A stretch of DNA of 62,907 nucleotides from a virus (taxonomy: Duplodnaviria > Caudoviricetes). The DNA lies in the IMG/VR virus record IMGVR_UViG_3300044638_001368, positions 1 through 62,907 of that record, one strand, 5' to 3'. Both the position numbers and the translations under genes were made by a program. This document shows positions 54,355 through 62,907 of the stretch, piece by piece. Position 1 is the stretch's first letter. The number at the start of each line of letters is the position of its first letter. The notes beneath the pieces are model-generated. The model saw nothing but the letters and a program-made list of their open reading frames with translations. It searched no databases and was not told the origin of the DNA.

Positions 54355-56505
54355 CTAGTCCCCTTCCGGCTCCGTACCGAGATGTTTAAAGCCCGGAAAA
54401 CTATCGCCGTTGCCCCCTAACTTCTTCACCCGCTCTGCGGTATCTTCGGCATTATTGGTGCTACCCGTACGACGCGCGAGCTCCATTTGCAGAAGTTTAT
54501 TGCGGGCTTTCACCATAGATATACCCTCTGCGTCCGCAATTACTTTAGCCTTGAAGTCAAAAATTTGCCGTTCCTTATTTGACATATTATTGTAGTGGTC
54601 CGCAGTAATTCTCTGACCCGCAGCCGTAATAGCCTGCCCTTCCCGTTGAACTTCACGGTTAAGTCTGTTCTCTTTTTCCTGCGCTTTGATACGCAGTTTT
54701 TCAAGGTAAGCCCGCTGTTCCCGGTCTTCCATACTGCTAAAGATAGTATACGCAGACTTAAAGTTATCGCCCCTGATACCTGCCGCCTTAGCTAAGTAGT
54801 CAAATTCGCGGTTACGTTCCTCTTTAGTGTCAGCACGACGTTCCTTAGCCGCAGCCTGCATAGCGGGCATCGCCGCAGCGGCAGCTTTACCTATGTTAGT
54901 AAGAGCGTTGGGGCTCTCGCCCGCAGCCATACCGAACCCGATCTGGGCCAGAATAGAGTACAAATCCTCGTTCTTTCTTGCAGCTAGTTCTTCAGCAGAA
55001 GTTCTCTGAAACTCAGGAAGTTTTCCGGCTTCATCAATCCTAGCTTGAATTTCTCGCAACGTCATAGCGTTAGGAGTATCAGTACCGGCAGCGGGAGTGG
55101 TTTCTTTTTCAGTGGTAGCAGGCGCACGGGTTGCACGGGGTGCACCAACAACACCGCGTTCACCACGGGGAGCGGGGGTACGGACGGGGGCGGAAGGAAC
55201 TTTTTTGGAGGTAGGCACAGCGGAAGACGCAGGGCGCACATTGGGGTTATTTGACGCTATAAGTGCGTTAAGTCCTGTGGGGTCACTGGGCGGAGGCGAA
55301 AACTGCGATGCAATAGTTCTAGTAAGTTCACCCAAGTTGTCTATGGAACCCATAGCGCGGGGACCACGCTGAGCAGCTTCTCTATTACCGTATGTGTTAA
55401 TCTCAGCGTCACCAAGGATAGCAGCCATACGATCAGCAGTGTCACCAAACCCACGGAAAGGGCCACGCTGAGCAGCTTCTGCGTTACGGAACAGATTAGC
55501 TGGCGGTTCTTTATAACCTGAAGGGTCCATACGGGTGCCGCCCACTGGGGCTCCAGTGGCTTCATCTAGCTGGTTCAGTAAGTCCATAATGCCGGGACCA
55601 CGGAAAGGAACCTGCCCTGCGGCTTCGTTCCTAGCTCTGGACCTAGCGTCAATAGCAGCCAACTCAGGACTCCTCAGGCTCATACCACCAGAAGCATCAG
55701 TCCCACGAGCAGCGTCCGTTTCTCTAAGGTTAGCAGCCATAATAGCGTCACCAAACCCAGAGAAGTTGGGCATCTGCGGACCACGCTGAGCAGCTTCTGC
55801 GTTACGGAACAAGTTGGAAGGCGACGGGTTCCTATTAAACTCCGCAGGGTCGAGACGAGTGCCACCCACTGGGGCTCCAGTGGCAGCGTCTAGGTCAGCC
55901 AAAGCGTCAGCAAGCCCGGGGCCGGGGGTCCTTCCGGGACCCATACCATCCATAGCATTCAGTTCCATACGCGCAGCCATGCGCTGGTCGGAAGTTTCCG
56001 CCGTCCGTATAATATTCATCAGAGCCTTACGGCGTTTAGTCCGCACATCGCCCGCGTCAGCAAAAGCCACGATACCGCCGCCAGCGAAGGACTGCTCGTC
56101 ATACATATCGTCAGGAATAGGGAGCGTCGTTAGACCACCGCCAGCCATGCGAACGGGACCCTGCGGGGCAGGGGGGACCATCTGGGGAGGAGGAGGAGCA
56201 CTAGCCATCTGCATCGGCGGCGCACCGGGAGGAGGACCACCCTGAGGACCACCCTGAGGACCACCCGGGGGAGCGGGAGGAGCCTGCGGTCCAAGGACCC
56301 GCTGGGCTACAGTCTGGTTGGGTGCCTGCTCCTGTGCCTGTGCGGAACGCATCCGGTCAATAAACATACCAGCCATAAGACCCGTCGTAGGATCAATGAC
56401 GCCCATCTGAATGGCCCGAGCAATTTTCTGCTTGTTGCCACCGTACGTTTCGGCAACACGTTCAGGGGACTGCATACTAAGGGTATTGGAATTAGCTTGA
56501 GCCAT
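54355..56505 (-). CDS. Internal virion/ejection protein with internal duplication
   Basis: MAGGG and FAGGGIVAF motifs; duplicated ATGAPVGGTR...NLFRNAEAAQRGP; C-terminal coiled coil. Confidence 0.65.
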   Translation of the reverse strand: MAQANSNTLSMQSPERVAETYGGNKQKIARAIQMGVIDPTTGLMAGMFIDRMRSAQAQEQAPNQTVAQRVLGPQAPPAPPGGPQGGPQGGPPPGAPPMQMASAPPPPQMVPPAPQGPVRMAGGGLTTLPIPDDMYDEQSFAGGGIVAFADAGDVRTKRRKALMNIIRTAETSDQRMAARMELNAMDGMGPGRTPGPGLADALADLDAATGAPVGGTRLDPAEFNRNPSPSNLFRNAEAAQRGPQMPNFSGFGDAIMAANLRETDAARGTDASGGMSLRSPELAAIDARSRARNEAAGQVPFRGPGIMDLLNQLDEATGAPVGGTRMDPSGYKEPPANLFRNAEAAQRGPFRGFGDTADRMAAILGDAEINTYGNREAAQRGPRAMGSIDNLGELTRTIASQFSPPPSDPTGLNALIASNNPNVRPASSAVPTSKKVPSAPVRTPAPRGERGVVGAPRATRAPATTEKETTPAAGTDTPNAMTLREIQARIDEAGKLPEFQRTSAEELAARKNEDLYSILAQIGFGMAAGESPNALTNIGKAAAAAMPAMQAAAKERRADTKEERNREFDYLAKAAGIRGDNFKSAYTIFSSMEDREQRAYLEKLRIKAQEKENRLNREVQREGQAITAAGQRITADHYNNMSNKERQIFDFKAKVIADAEGISMVKARNKLLQMELARRTGSTNNAEDTAERVKKLGGNGDSFPGFKHLGTEPEGD

Positions 56506-56514
56506 CGTCGTTCC

Positions 56515-57627
56515 TTAGGAATTATACAGTTTAGACAGGCCAAGCGCACCAAGACCCAGACCGGTAGCTTGGCTAAACATAGACGGCGGGGGTGCGTACG
56601 TAGTCGCCGTGGAGCCCATGGTCATCGGTAGACCACGGATCAGGCTGTTATAGTAGCTAAGCTGTTCCATCGGGTAGTCGCGCTGGCGCAGGAAGTCAGC
56701 GTACCGCGTATCCAAGTACCGCTGATCCAAAGCCTGCTGTTCCGAACCCGCCGCTGCCTGAGCCTGAATACGAGCAAGGTCCGTCTGCTGCTGCGTCTGG
56801 CCGAGAGTACCAAGGGTCTGGGCGCTTTGGAGAGCCTGAGCAAGACCCTGAAGACCACTAGAAGTACCAAATTGACGTGAAGCTTCAGAAGCCTTCTGGG
56901 CATCCATATCGTACTGCTGGTTAGCCCTCTGGGCCTCCATCTGCTGACCCGAACCAAGCTGCTGTGTGTTGAGCATGGCTTCAAGGTTAGTGCGGCCAAC
57001 ACCCATCTGGGCTGCACGATCCCGTTCAAACTGCTGCTGCGCGTTCTCATACGCGGACTGGAGACCCTTAGCTTGGATATCCCCCATCTGCATACCAAGA
57101 TTGCGCTCGCGCTCCGTGCCAGCTAGCAACTGCCTTGCACCACCGTAAGTACCCTGACGCGCCGCGCCAAGGTTGGTCATCAACTGGCTCTTCTGGGCAT
57201 CCGTAACGGCTTCGCGCTTCTGCACATCCAGCACATTCTGGAAGTACGGCGACATATACTGCTGGGCTTGGGCCTGACCGAACTGATCCGGCGTAGCCAT
57301 CTGGTACTGCTGAAGCTGGGGAGCAGTGACGTTCTGGGCAGTAAAGGAAGCCGGGGTGTACTGGCCCGCAGCCAAAGAACCAAGACCCGCAGCGCCCGCT
57401 AGATCGGTAGCCTGACCAAACTGATCCGGCCTCTGCAAGTCATAAGCCTGCTGCTGGGCATAGGTCTGACCGGGGGTGAAACCAGCGATGCGCTCCCCAT
57501 CGTAAGGAATATAAGGCTGGTAAGAAACATCGCGTGCGCGATCCAGCATCTCCGTAACATATGGCTCTGCATACGTGGGTAGGTTAGTGCTTGTAATCGT
57601 TTGGTTTTGGACGGGCATATTAGCCAT
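56515..57627 (-). CDS. DNA ejection/transfer protein (Gln/Ala-rich)
   Basis: YQPY...RIAGFTP.Q, YMSPY, GTYGGARQ; C-terminal GLGLGALGL. Confidence 0.7.
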   Translation of the reverse strand: MANMPVQNQTITSTNLPTYAEPYVTEMLDRARDVSYQPYIPYDGERIAGFTPGQTYAQQQAYDLQRPDQFGQATDLAGAAGLGSLAAGQYTPASFTAQNVTAPQLQQYQMATPDQFGQAQAQQYMSPYFQNVLDVQKREAVTDAQKSQLMTNLGAARQGTYGGARQLLAGTERERNLGMQMGDIQAKGLQSAYENAQQQFERDRAAQMGVGRTNLEAMLNTQQLGSGQQMEAQRANQQYDMDAQKASEASRQFGTSSGLQGLAQALQSAQTLGTLGQTQQQTDLARIQAQAAAGSEQQALDQRYLDTRYADFLRQRDYPMEQLSYYNSLIRGLPMTMGSTATTYAPPPSMFSQATGLGLGALGLSKLYNS

Positions 57628-60032
57628 TATCTTGCTCCTGCAAGGGCACGCAGCCCCGTGTCTTTACCACGAGAAGCCGACTTTCTGGCCTTCTCAGCTT
57701 TTTTCATCATGTCGTAGAGCCTGTCGGCACCCTTCTTGGGGTTACCGCGACCCAAACGTTTAACCGCTTCGGGGCTGAACTTAACCTCGTCACGGGCGAC
57801 CCGGGCTTCCTGCGTACCACCGATATTAGCACGGATAGAGTCACTTACGCCATCGCCGGGACCGTGGATAGGACGACCACCAAGGCGGGCTAGGACTTCC
57901 TGACCAGCGCCAGACGACCCGTTACCCAGCTCAGCCACCGTGCGGGCATCGACCACAAAGGACCCGTCTTCAAGGTTTACGCCGCCAGCTGCGTTCTTGT
58001 TGGTGCCACCGAGCAAACGGTTAAACTTAGCACCTAGCTGGGCCCCTATGCCGGGGCTAGTAGCAGTATTACCCACAATCCCTAAAGTATTAGTGCCGGG
58101 GGCAGAAGCCAAACCACCACCGTATGTATTCCTAAGAAAGTCTATGAAGGTACCGGGTAACCCTGCATACCCAGTGGCGGCATTTAGCACCTGCCCAAGA
58201 CCAAGACCAACTTCTGGTGCGTTAGGGTCGGGCTGAGAGGAAAAGCCAGTAAAACTACCAAGAGTGCGATTACCGCTGTAAAGGTCTGACAAACCCGGCC
58301 CCGAAGGCGCAGCACGGGGAGCAGCGCGAGGAGCAGCACTGGACCCAGACAGACTAGGTATAATGCTGTTCAAAGCGCCCAAGAACGTGGAGCTACCGGA
58401 GGACGCGGGGGGAGAAGACGGCACCGGGGAGATATACCTGCCTGTATCTTCAGGAGCGTCTGGACCACCATAGAGGGCGTAGTTCTCTGCTGTGTTATCC
58501 GCAGCGTTTTGGGCCATAGCAGCCTGACGCTGGGACTCTACATTCTTATTTGCTTGGTATGTACCGTAAGTATTAGCGTAATTCTGCCCGTCAGAACCCG
58601 AACCCGTGTACCCAGTGGCACGGTTAAACATAGGGTCTTTAAGCATAGGGGGTGCGCCGGGGAGCGTTTGCACGTTCGTGCCCCAAGAGGGGTCGCCGTA
58701 ATCTCCAAACATCGGGCTAACCATGCCCCGGAAACCCGCGAGGAAGTCGGAGTCTGGCTCAGTAATGCCTTCCATAGACATCCTAGCGCGGCCCATCGCG
58801 TTATCGGCGCTAGCTTGCTCTTCCGCAGTCGGGGTCCAACCAATCGGGTTACCAAAAGCATCTACGGGGCGGGAGTCGCGGTATCTGTCGCCCTTATAGT
58901 CTGGGGACCCCGGCTGGAGTGTTGTAATACCGGACGTGGGGCCGTATGCCTGCATTAAGGACCGGGTTGCCCTAGGGTCGCCGCCGCCTTCTATTGCGCG
59001 TTCGTACTCACTTAGCTGAGCCTTAGTAGCCGTAGGGTACTGTGTCTGAAGCGCAGCGTTTTTTGCAGTGGGCTTGACCAACTTCGGTACATTGGTAGCC
59101 CGGGGGAAATTATAGAGCTGTTCGACGTAAGACCGGGCAGGGGCTTGTGCGGTGTACCCGGGAGGTAGGGCAACAGTGGGAGCATTACGGGGCTTTGCCT
59201 GTACGTCGCCGCCATCGGCGTATGCCGGGTAGTATGGAACCTCCGGGGGGAAGAACATAAACTCCGAAGAGTCCCTAGGGTCCCGGTTAACGGGGTAAGT
59301 GGGCCTACGGTTGTACATCCTAGGCGGGGGAAGTTTCTTAGGTTCCGTGGGCTTAATCGCCCCAAGACCAGAACTGCTAGAGCCAAGGAACGGCATCGCC
59401 AGACCAAGTCCAGCCGCGTAGGGGGCTAAGTTTTGCAGGGTGGGGTTAGTAATACCCGCGCTAGCAGCCGTACCAAACTTATCAAACATACCCTGCGGTG
59501 CCGGGGGAGTGGGGGGCGTTAGTGGGATAGTGGGTGCAACACCGGACGCAGAATTAGCACTCTGGTAGATAGGGTCTGGTGAGGGAGTAGCACCCGCTAT
59601 ATCACTGGGGGGCAGTGGGGTGGTGGCTAGTGTAGCGGGGGCTGCGGGGGCTGCGGGGGTGTTGAAACCAAACCCGCCAATAGTACCTTCCGGGTTCAGA
59701 GTGCGACCCAATGACGCACCACCATAAGCACTAAGGCCAGCCGTCAGACCCTTCTCAAGGTTGCCAGTAATTGCACCTTGGGCCAACCCAGCCCCAGCCG
59801 CTACCAGATACGGGTCTATATTTAGAGCACCGCCCACCGCACCGGCAAGCATAGGCAGGATAGAGTCCAAGAACCCAGCTTCTGGTAGGCCCGTGGTAGG
59901 GTTACGGGTCAGCGTACCACCATAAGACTGGGCAAGAGCCTGCAAACCTCCGACTTCCCGGGGCGTCATATGCACCAGAACCGAGTCATTACCCCGGCCT
60001 TGGGCTTGCATCTGCTGTGAGAAGGGGTTCAT
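57627..60032 (-). CDS. Internal virion/ejection protein
   Basis: GRGNDSVLVHM...NPTTGLPEA N-terminus; YADGG; GPGDGVSDSI C-terminal domain. Confidence 0.65.
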   Translation of the reverse strand: MNPFSQQMQAQGRGNDSVLVHMTPREVGGLQALAQSYGGTLTRNPTTGLPEAGFLDSILPMLAGAVGGALNIDPYLVAAGAGLAQGAITGNLEKGLTAGLSAYGGASLGRTLNPEGTIGGFGFNTPAAPAAPATLATTPLPPSDIAGATPSPDPIYQSANSASGVAPTIPLTPPTPPAPQGMFDKFGTAASAGITNPTLQNLAPYAAGLGLAMPFLGSSSSGLGAIKPTEPKKLPPPRMYNRRPTYPVNRDPRDSSEFMFFPPEVPYYPAYADGGDVQAKPRNAPTVALPPGYTAQAPARSYVEQLYNFPRATNVPKLVKPTAKNAALQTQYPTATKAQLSEYERAIEGGGDPRATRSLMQAYGPTSGITTLQPGSPDYKGDRYRDSRPVDAFGNPIGWTPTAEEQASADNAMGRARMSMEGITEPDSDFLAGFRGMVSPMFGDYGDPSWGTNVQTLPGAPPMLKDPMFNRATGYTGSGSDGQNYANTYGTYQANKNVESQRQAAMAQNAADNTAENYALYGGPDAPEDTGRYISPVPSSPPASSGSSTFLGALNSIIPSLSGSSAAPRAAPRAAPSGPGLSDLYSGNRTLGSFTGFSSQPDPNAPEVGLGLGQVLNAATGYAGLPGTFIDFLRNTYGGGLASAPGTNTLGIVGNTATSPGIGAQLGAKFNRLLGGTNKNAAGGVNLEDGSFVVDARTVAELGNGSSGAGQEVLARLGGRPIHGPGDGVSDSIRANIGGTQEARVARDEVKFSPEAVKRLGRGNPKKGADRLYDMMKKAEKARKSASRGKDTGLRALAGAR

Positions 60033-60110
60033 CGGGAAGTCCTTAAACTCAAGGAGTACTTAGGGTTATATTACCAACTACGCTAAAACTAAAGCCTAGA
60101 AACGAACCCC

Positions 60111-60488
60111 CTACGGGGTGGAAACTGTAACTGTACCTATAGACCCGGTGGCCGAGACTGCCGTAGGAACTACCGTTGTACTGGGGACCGTGCTTATGAC
60201 CCGCCAACCACCACTGTAGTACACGCTAATCTGGTTCAGGGTCGTATCAAACACCATCATCCCGGTAGCCGGGGTAAGGAGTAGCTTCTCTGCGTTGGTG
60301 TAATTCCCAAGGGTAATAGTCCCCCCGATAAACGCAGACGCCGTGTAGGACTGGGCTTGGTTGGGCGTCTGGGAGTCCAGCTGGCTAAAGTACAGCTCAA
60401 TCACCCGGATAAGTTGCCGCATATTCTGGGCATCATAGTCCTGCGTCGGGTTCGGCAGGGGGGAGTGCTTGAAGCCAACCAGAGCCAT
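60111..60488 (-). CDS. Tail-associated structural protein
   Basis: Follows the hub gene; GMMVFDTT...GGW fibre motif; ends in SATGSIGTVTV. Confidence 0.6.
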   Translation of the reverse strand: MALVGFKHSPLPNPTQDYDAQNMRQLIRVIELYFSQLDSQTPNQAQSYTASAFIGGTITLGNYTNAEKLLLTPATGMMVFDTTLNQISVYYSGGWRVISTVPSTTVVPTAVSATGSIGTVTVSTP

Positions 60489-62620
60489 TAACGCTTACCA
60501 TCGGGGCGGACTTCAAGGCGCGGAACACCAAGTTGCCACTGGACCCCCAGAGCAGTCGAACTGACCTTCAGAGCCATCTGACGACCCCGGGCACGGATAA
60601 AGACCTGTCCCGTATACACATCAACCGAAGTCTCAATCACTGACTGGGAGTCCGACGCATTGCCAGAGAACGCCGAACCCGGGAAACTACGGGGGCGTAT
60701 AGTAAGTATAGCCGCTGGCGCAGCCGCCGTGGAACCCGCGAAGTCGATGTCAGGTATAATACGTCTGGTGAGCATGAACTGCTCCCCGTCTTCGATGTCA
60801 AAGTCGTTGGACTGGATGTAACTTTCCATCGCTACATCGTCGTCGTTAACGCCGTTCTCGTGGTTATACAGGTAACCGGAAGCACCGATAGACCCTGTGA
60901 TTGCAGTAGTGATAACCGTCTGAGACGGGCTGATCTCGTAGGTACCAGTGCTGCCCGTGGTGCCAGTCTTCTGCCCAACGACGTAGGTATCAGCACTCAC
61001 GCCGTCCCCGGTAAGGATCATGCCGACCTGTATTGTCCCAGTCACAGCTGTGACAGTTAGCGTGGTGGTAGTAATGGACCCAGTGATCGCCGCCGTGACG
61101 GGGTCTTCAGCTGTGTTCAGTGCCTGCGGAAAGAGCCGAAGCGGTGTGTCCAACCAAGCGGTACGCTGGATTGTTCCGTAGTACCAAATCTTGTCTAAGT
61201 AGTTATAGATTATGTACTTATCGTTCCAGTTGGAACTCGCGCTGGGGTACATCCACCAGACTTCGTTCCACTGCTCATTCGTGCCGCAGACAATCTGCGC
61301 GGTTTGGTTGTAGTTCAGGTCCTCGAATACGTGGTTACGCAGGGTGCAGGGCAGCGTCTCGATACGACCCGAATACGCATAGAACTTATCTTGGCCCATC
61401 CAGTACGTGACACTCGCGGCGCTTATGGTAGCGCGGGGTGAGATAATAGAGATGTTGTCTGCGTATTCCTGCAAACTGAACACGTCCGTGGTACCGGTAA
61501 ACTGCAAGGTATAGAGGTGGGTGTCTGTCCAAACCAAGATTTCCTGCCGTGTTGGCAGAGCAACGGTAATACGGGAACCACGAGATATACGCAGGAAGCC
61601 AGCCGAGTTTGTAACCGCAGGAGTCCACTGACCGGGTTCGTCTTGGCTAGCCCACCGGATAAGAAGTGGGTCAAAGTCGTCGGGGTCAGTGCTGCCGTAA
61701 GGCACCGCACCAAAAGCAAGAACGTGCTTGTCCTGCTGAGACACGAGGGTCTGCATAACTTTGACTGGGACAGCGTTGGGGTCAAAACCATCAGCCGTAG
61801 CAACAGCCTGCAAGGTAATAGCCCGGGTAGCCAGCGCCGTGGACGGGTCCGTATTGGTACCGCGAGCCCAGTAGTAGGGCGCACCGTCGCGGATGTTCAT
61901 GACAAGGTCGTTGTCGATATTGTTAAACCACCAATCCTGTTGCGGCAGAAACACCGCGCCAGTGGTAGAACCCAGACCCCAAGCGTCACGACTCCAAGCA
62001 CCCGCGCCCCAACCATAACCGGCTGTGACTACCGCGTTACCGGGGGCGATTTCAAAACTGACAGTGATACCCGTTCCGCCACCCGCAGCTACAGTGGAAG
62101 AAGCAGCCGTAGTAACTGGGAAATAAAACGCGGTTGAGGAGGTAACTACGATCTCGTGGTTAGCGTTAATCTCAGAGTCGGGCACACCGCCAACGGTGCC
62201 GGTAACTCCAGCAATGGTTACGTAAGACCCTGTATCCGCACCGTGCGCGACACCTAGATTGATAATTACTTTGAAAGACCCAGACACTGTAGCCACGCTA
62301 TTATTTGTGTCAGGATTAGACAGCGTAGGAGTAGTCGTACGCAGTGGGGTGATGTCAAAGAAAGCACCGCCAGCTTCAATATAGACCTTCTTCTCAGTCC
62401 CTAGAGAAAGTAGATCATCCGAGTAAGTAGTGATCCAGTTCCACATCTGGCGGCTTACGCCGACGAAAGAGTTGGTAGTAGCCTTGACCCAGCCACCAAG
62501 CTTCTGCGGATAGCCCGAGCGGAAGCGTATCTTCTCGCTCTCATACCAACCACCCTCACCGGAGTAGTCAGTCTGGTCCCGGTTAATACCGGGTTTGAAC
62601 TGGAGTTTGATAAGGGCCAT
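60488..62620 (-). CDS. Tail hub/tubular B (P22 gp10-like stabilization) protein
   Basis: KPGINR...RF..G.PQK.GGW; LIRWASQD; YWMG..KFY.Y.G; RARGRQ...PDGKR. Confidence 0.75.
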   Translation of the reverse strand: MALIKLQFKPGINRDQTDYSGEGGWYESEKIRFRSGYPQKLGGWVKATTNSFVGVSRQMWNWITTYSDDLLSLGTEKKVYIEAGGAFFDITPLRTTTPTLSNPDTNNSVATVSGSFKVIINLGVAHGADTGSYVTIAGVTGTVGGVPDSEINANHEIVVTSSTAFYFPVTTAASSTVAAGGGTGITVSFEIAPGNAVVTAGYGWGAGAWSRDAWGLGSTTGAVFLPQQDWWFNNIDNDLVMNIRDGAPYYWARGTNTDPSTALATRAITLQAVATADGFDPNAVPVKVMQTLVSQQDKHVLAFGAVPYGSTDPDDFDPLLIRWASQDEPGQWTPAVTNSAGFLRISRGSRITVALPTRQEILVWTDTHLYTLQFTGTTDVFSLQEYADNISIISPRATISAASVTYWMGQDKFYAYSGRIETLPCTLRNHVFEDLNYNQTAQIVCGTNEQWNEVWWMYPSASSNWNDKYIIYNYLDKIWYYGTIQRTAWLDTPLRLFPQALNTAEDPVTAAITGSITTTTLTVTAVTGTIQVGMILTGDGVSADTYVVGQKTGTTGSTGTYEISPSQTVITTAITGSIGASGYLYNHENGVNDDDVAMESYIQSNDFDIEDGEQFMLTRRIIPDIDFAGSTAAAPAAILTIRPRSFPGSAFSGNASDSQSVIETSVDVYTGQVFIRARGRQMALKVSSTALGVQWQLGVPRLEVRPDGKR

Positions 62621-62624
62621 GAGT

Positions 62625-62882
62625 TTACTTCTTCAGTTGTTCGAGCAGCATAACGCGAACGTGCAAATCGCTGATTTCGCGCTTCAATTCTTCTTTCATA
62701 GCAGCCCGACGTTCAGCCGATAGCGGGGAGTCTGTGGGGGTGCCTTCCTTGGTGATTAGGGCGGGCATAGCCGCTTCAACCTTAACCAGCCGCTCATTGG
62801 CAGACGACACTTGCCCCAACACCCAAGCCAGCGCCGCCACGATGATCGGGATTACCGCTTTGAGTACGTCTGCCCAACCCAT
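62625..62882 (-). CDS. Small membrane-anchored coiled-coil protein (lysis-associated?)
   Basis: N-terminal TM helix; directly downstream of the holin across the circular join. Confidence 0.55.
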   Translation of the reverse strand: MGWADVLKAVIPIIVAALAWVLGQVSSANERLVKVEAAMPALITKEGTPTDSPLSAERRAAMKEELKREISDLHVRVMLLEQLKK

Positions 62883-62907
62883 GGTTCACCTACTTCTTGT
62901 TCAAGGC
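62837..62907. repeat. 71-bp direct terminal overlap (copy 2)
   Basis: Identical to 1-71. Confidence 0.95.

Noticed and set aside
1-62907. tRNA genes, integrase, or alternative genetic code
   Set aside because: No cloverleaf or recombinase motif seen by eye; genes are full length under the standard code and all three stop codons are used

Overview
The window appears to be a complete, circularly assembled genome of a tailed dsDNA phage: 62,836 bp unique plus a 71-bp end overlap. A GcrA homolog points to an alphaproteobacterial host. The tail-tubular and ejection-protein gene set, with no tape measure or tail tube, suggests a podovirus-like virion. Late genes lie on the minus strand in two arms that join across the window ends. 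From 25.7 kb to 1 these are TerS, TerL, an ADP-ribosyltransferase-like gene, portal, GroES-like protein, scaffold, major capsid, small basic proteins, adaptors, Gly-rich fibres with 2OG-Fe(II) oxygenases, M15 endolysin and holin. From 62.9 to 48.9 kb they are a tail hub protein and four large ejection proteins. Early and replication genes lie on the plus strand (26.1-48.8 kb): small early genes, AAA + vWA, family A polymerase, methyl- and glycosyltransferases, GcrA, exonuclease, SNF2 helicase and primase-helicase. No integrase, tRNA or CRISPR array was seen. The most interesting unexplained signals are (1) a candidate ~72-nt sRNA at 48787-48858 complementary to the shared ribosome-binding sites of early/middle genes, (2) a kissing-loop RNA leader downstream of the capsid gene, (3) nine GTGAC-N2-GTCAC palindromes confined to the early region, (4) a recurrent AxGG/KKGG peptide tag in presumed internal virion proteins, and (5) a Gly-X-X fibre co-transcribed with prolyl-hydroxylase-like enzymes. 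All family assignments come from motif recognition by eye, not from database searches.
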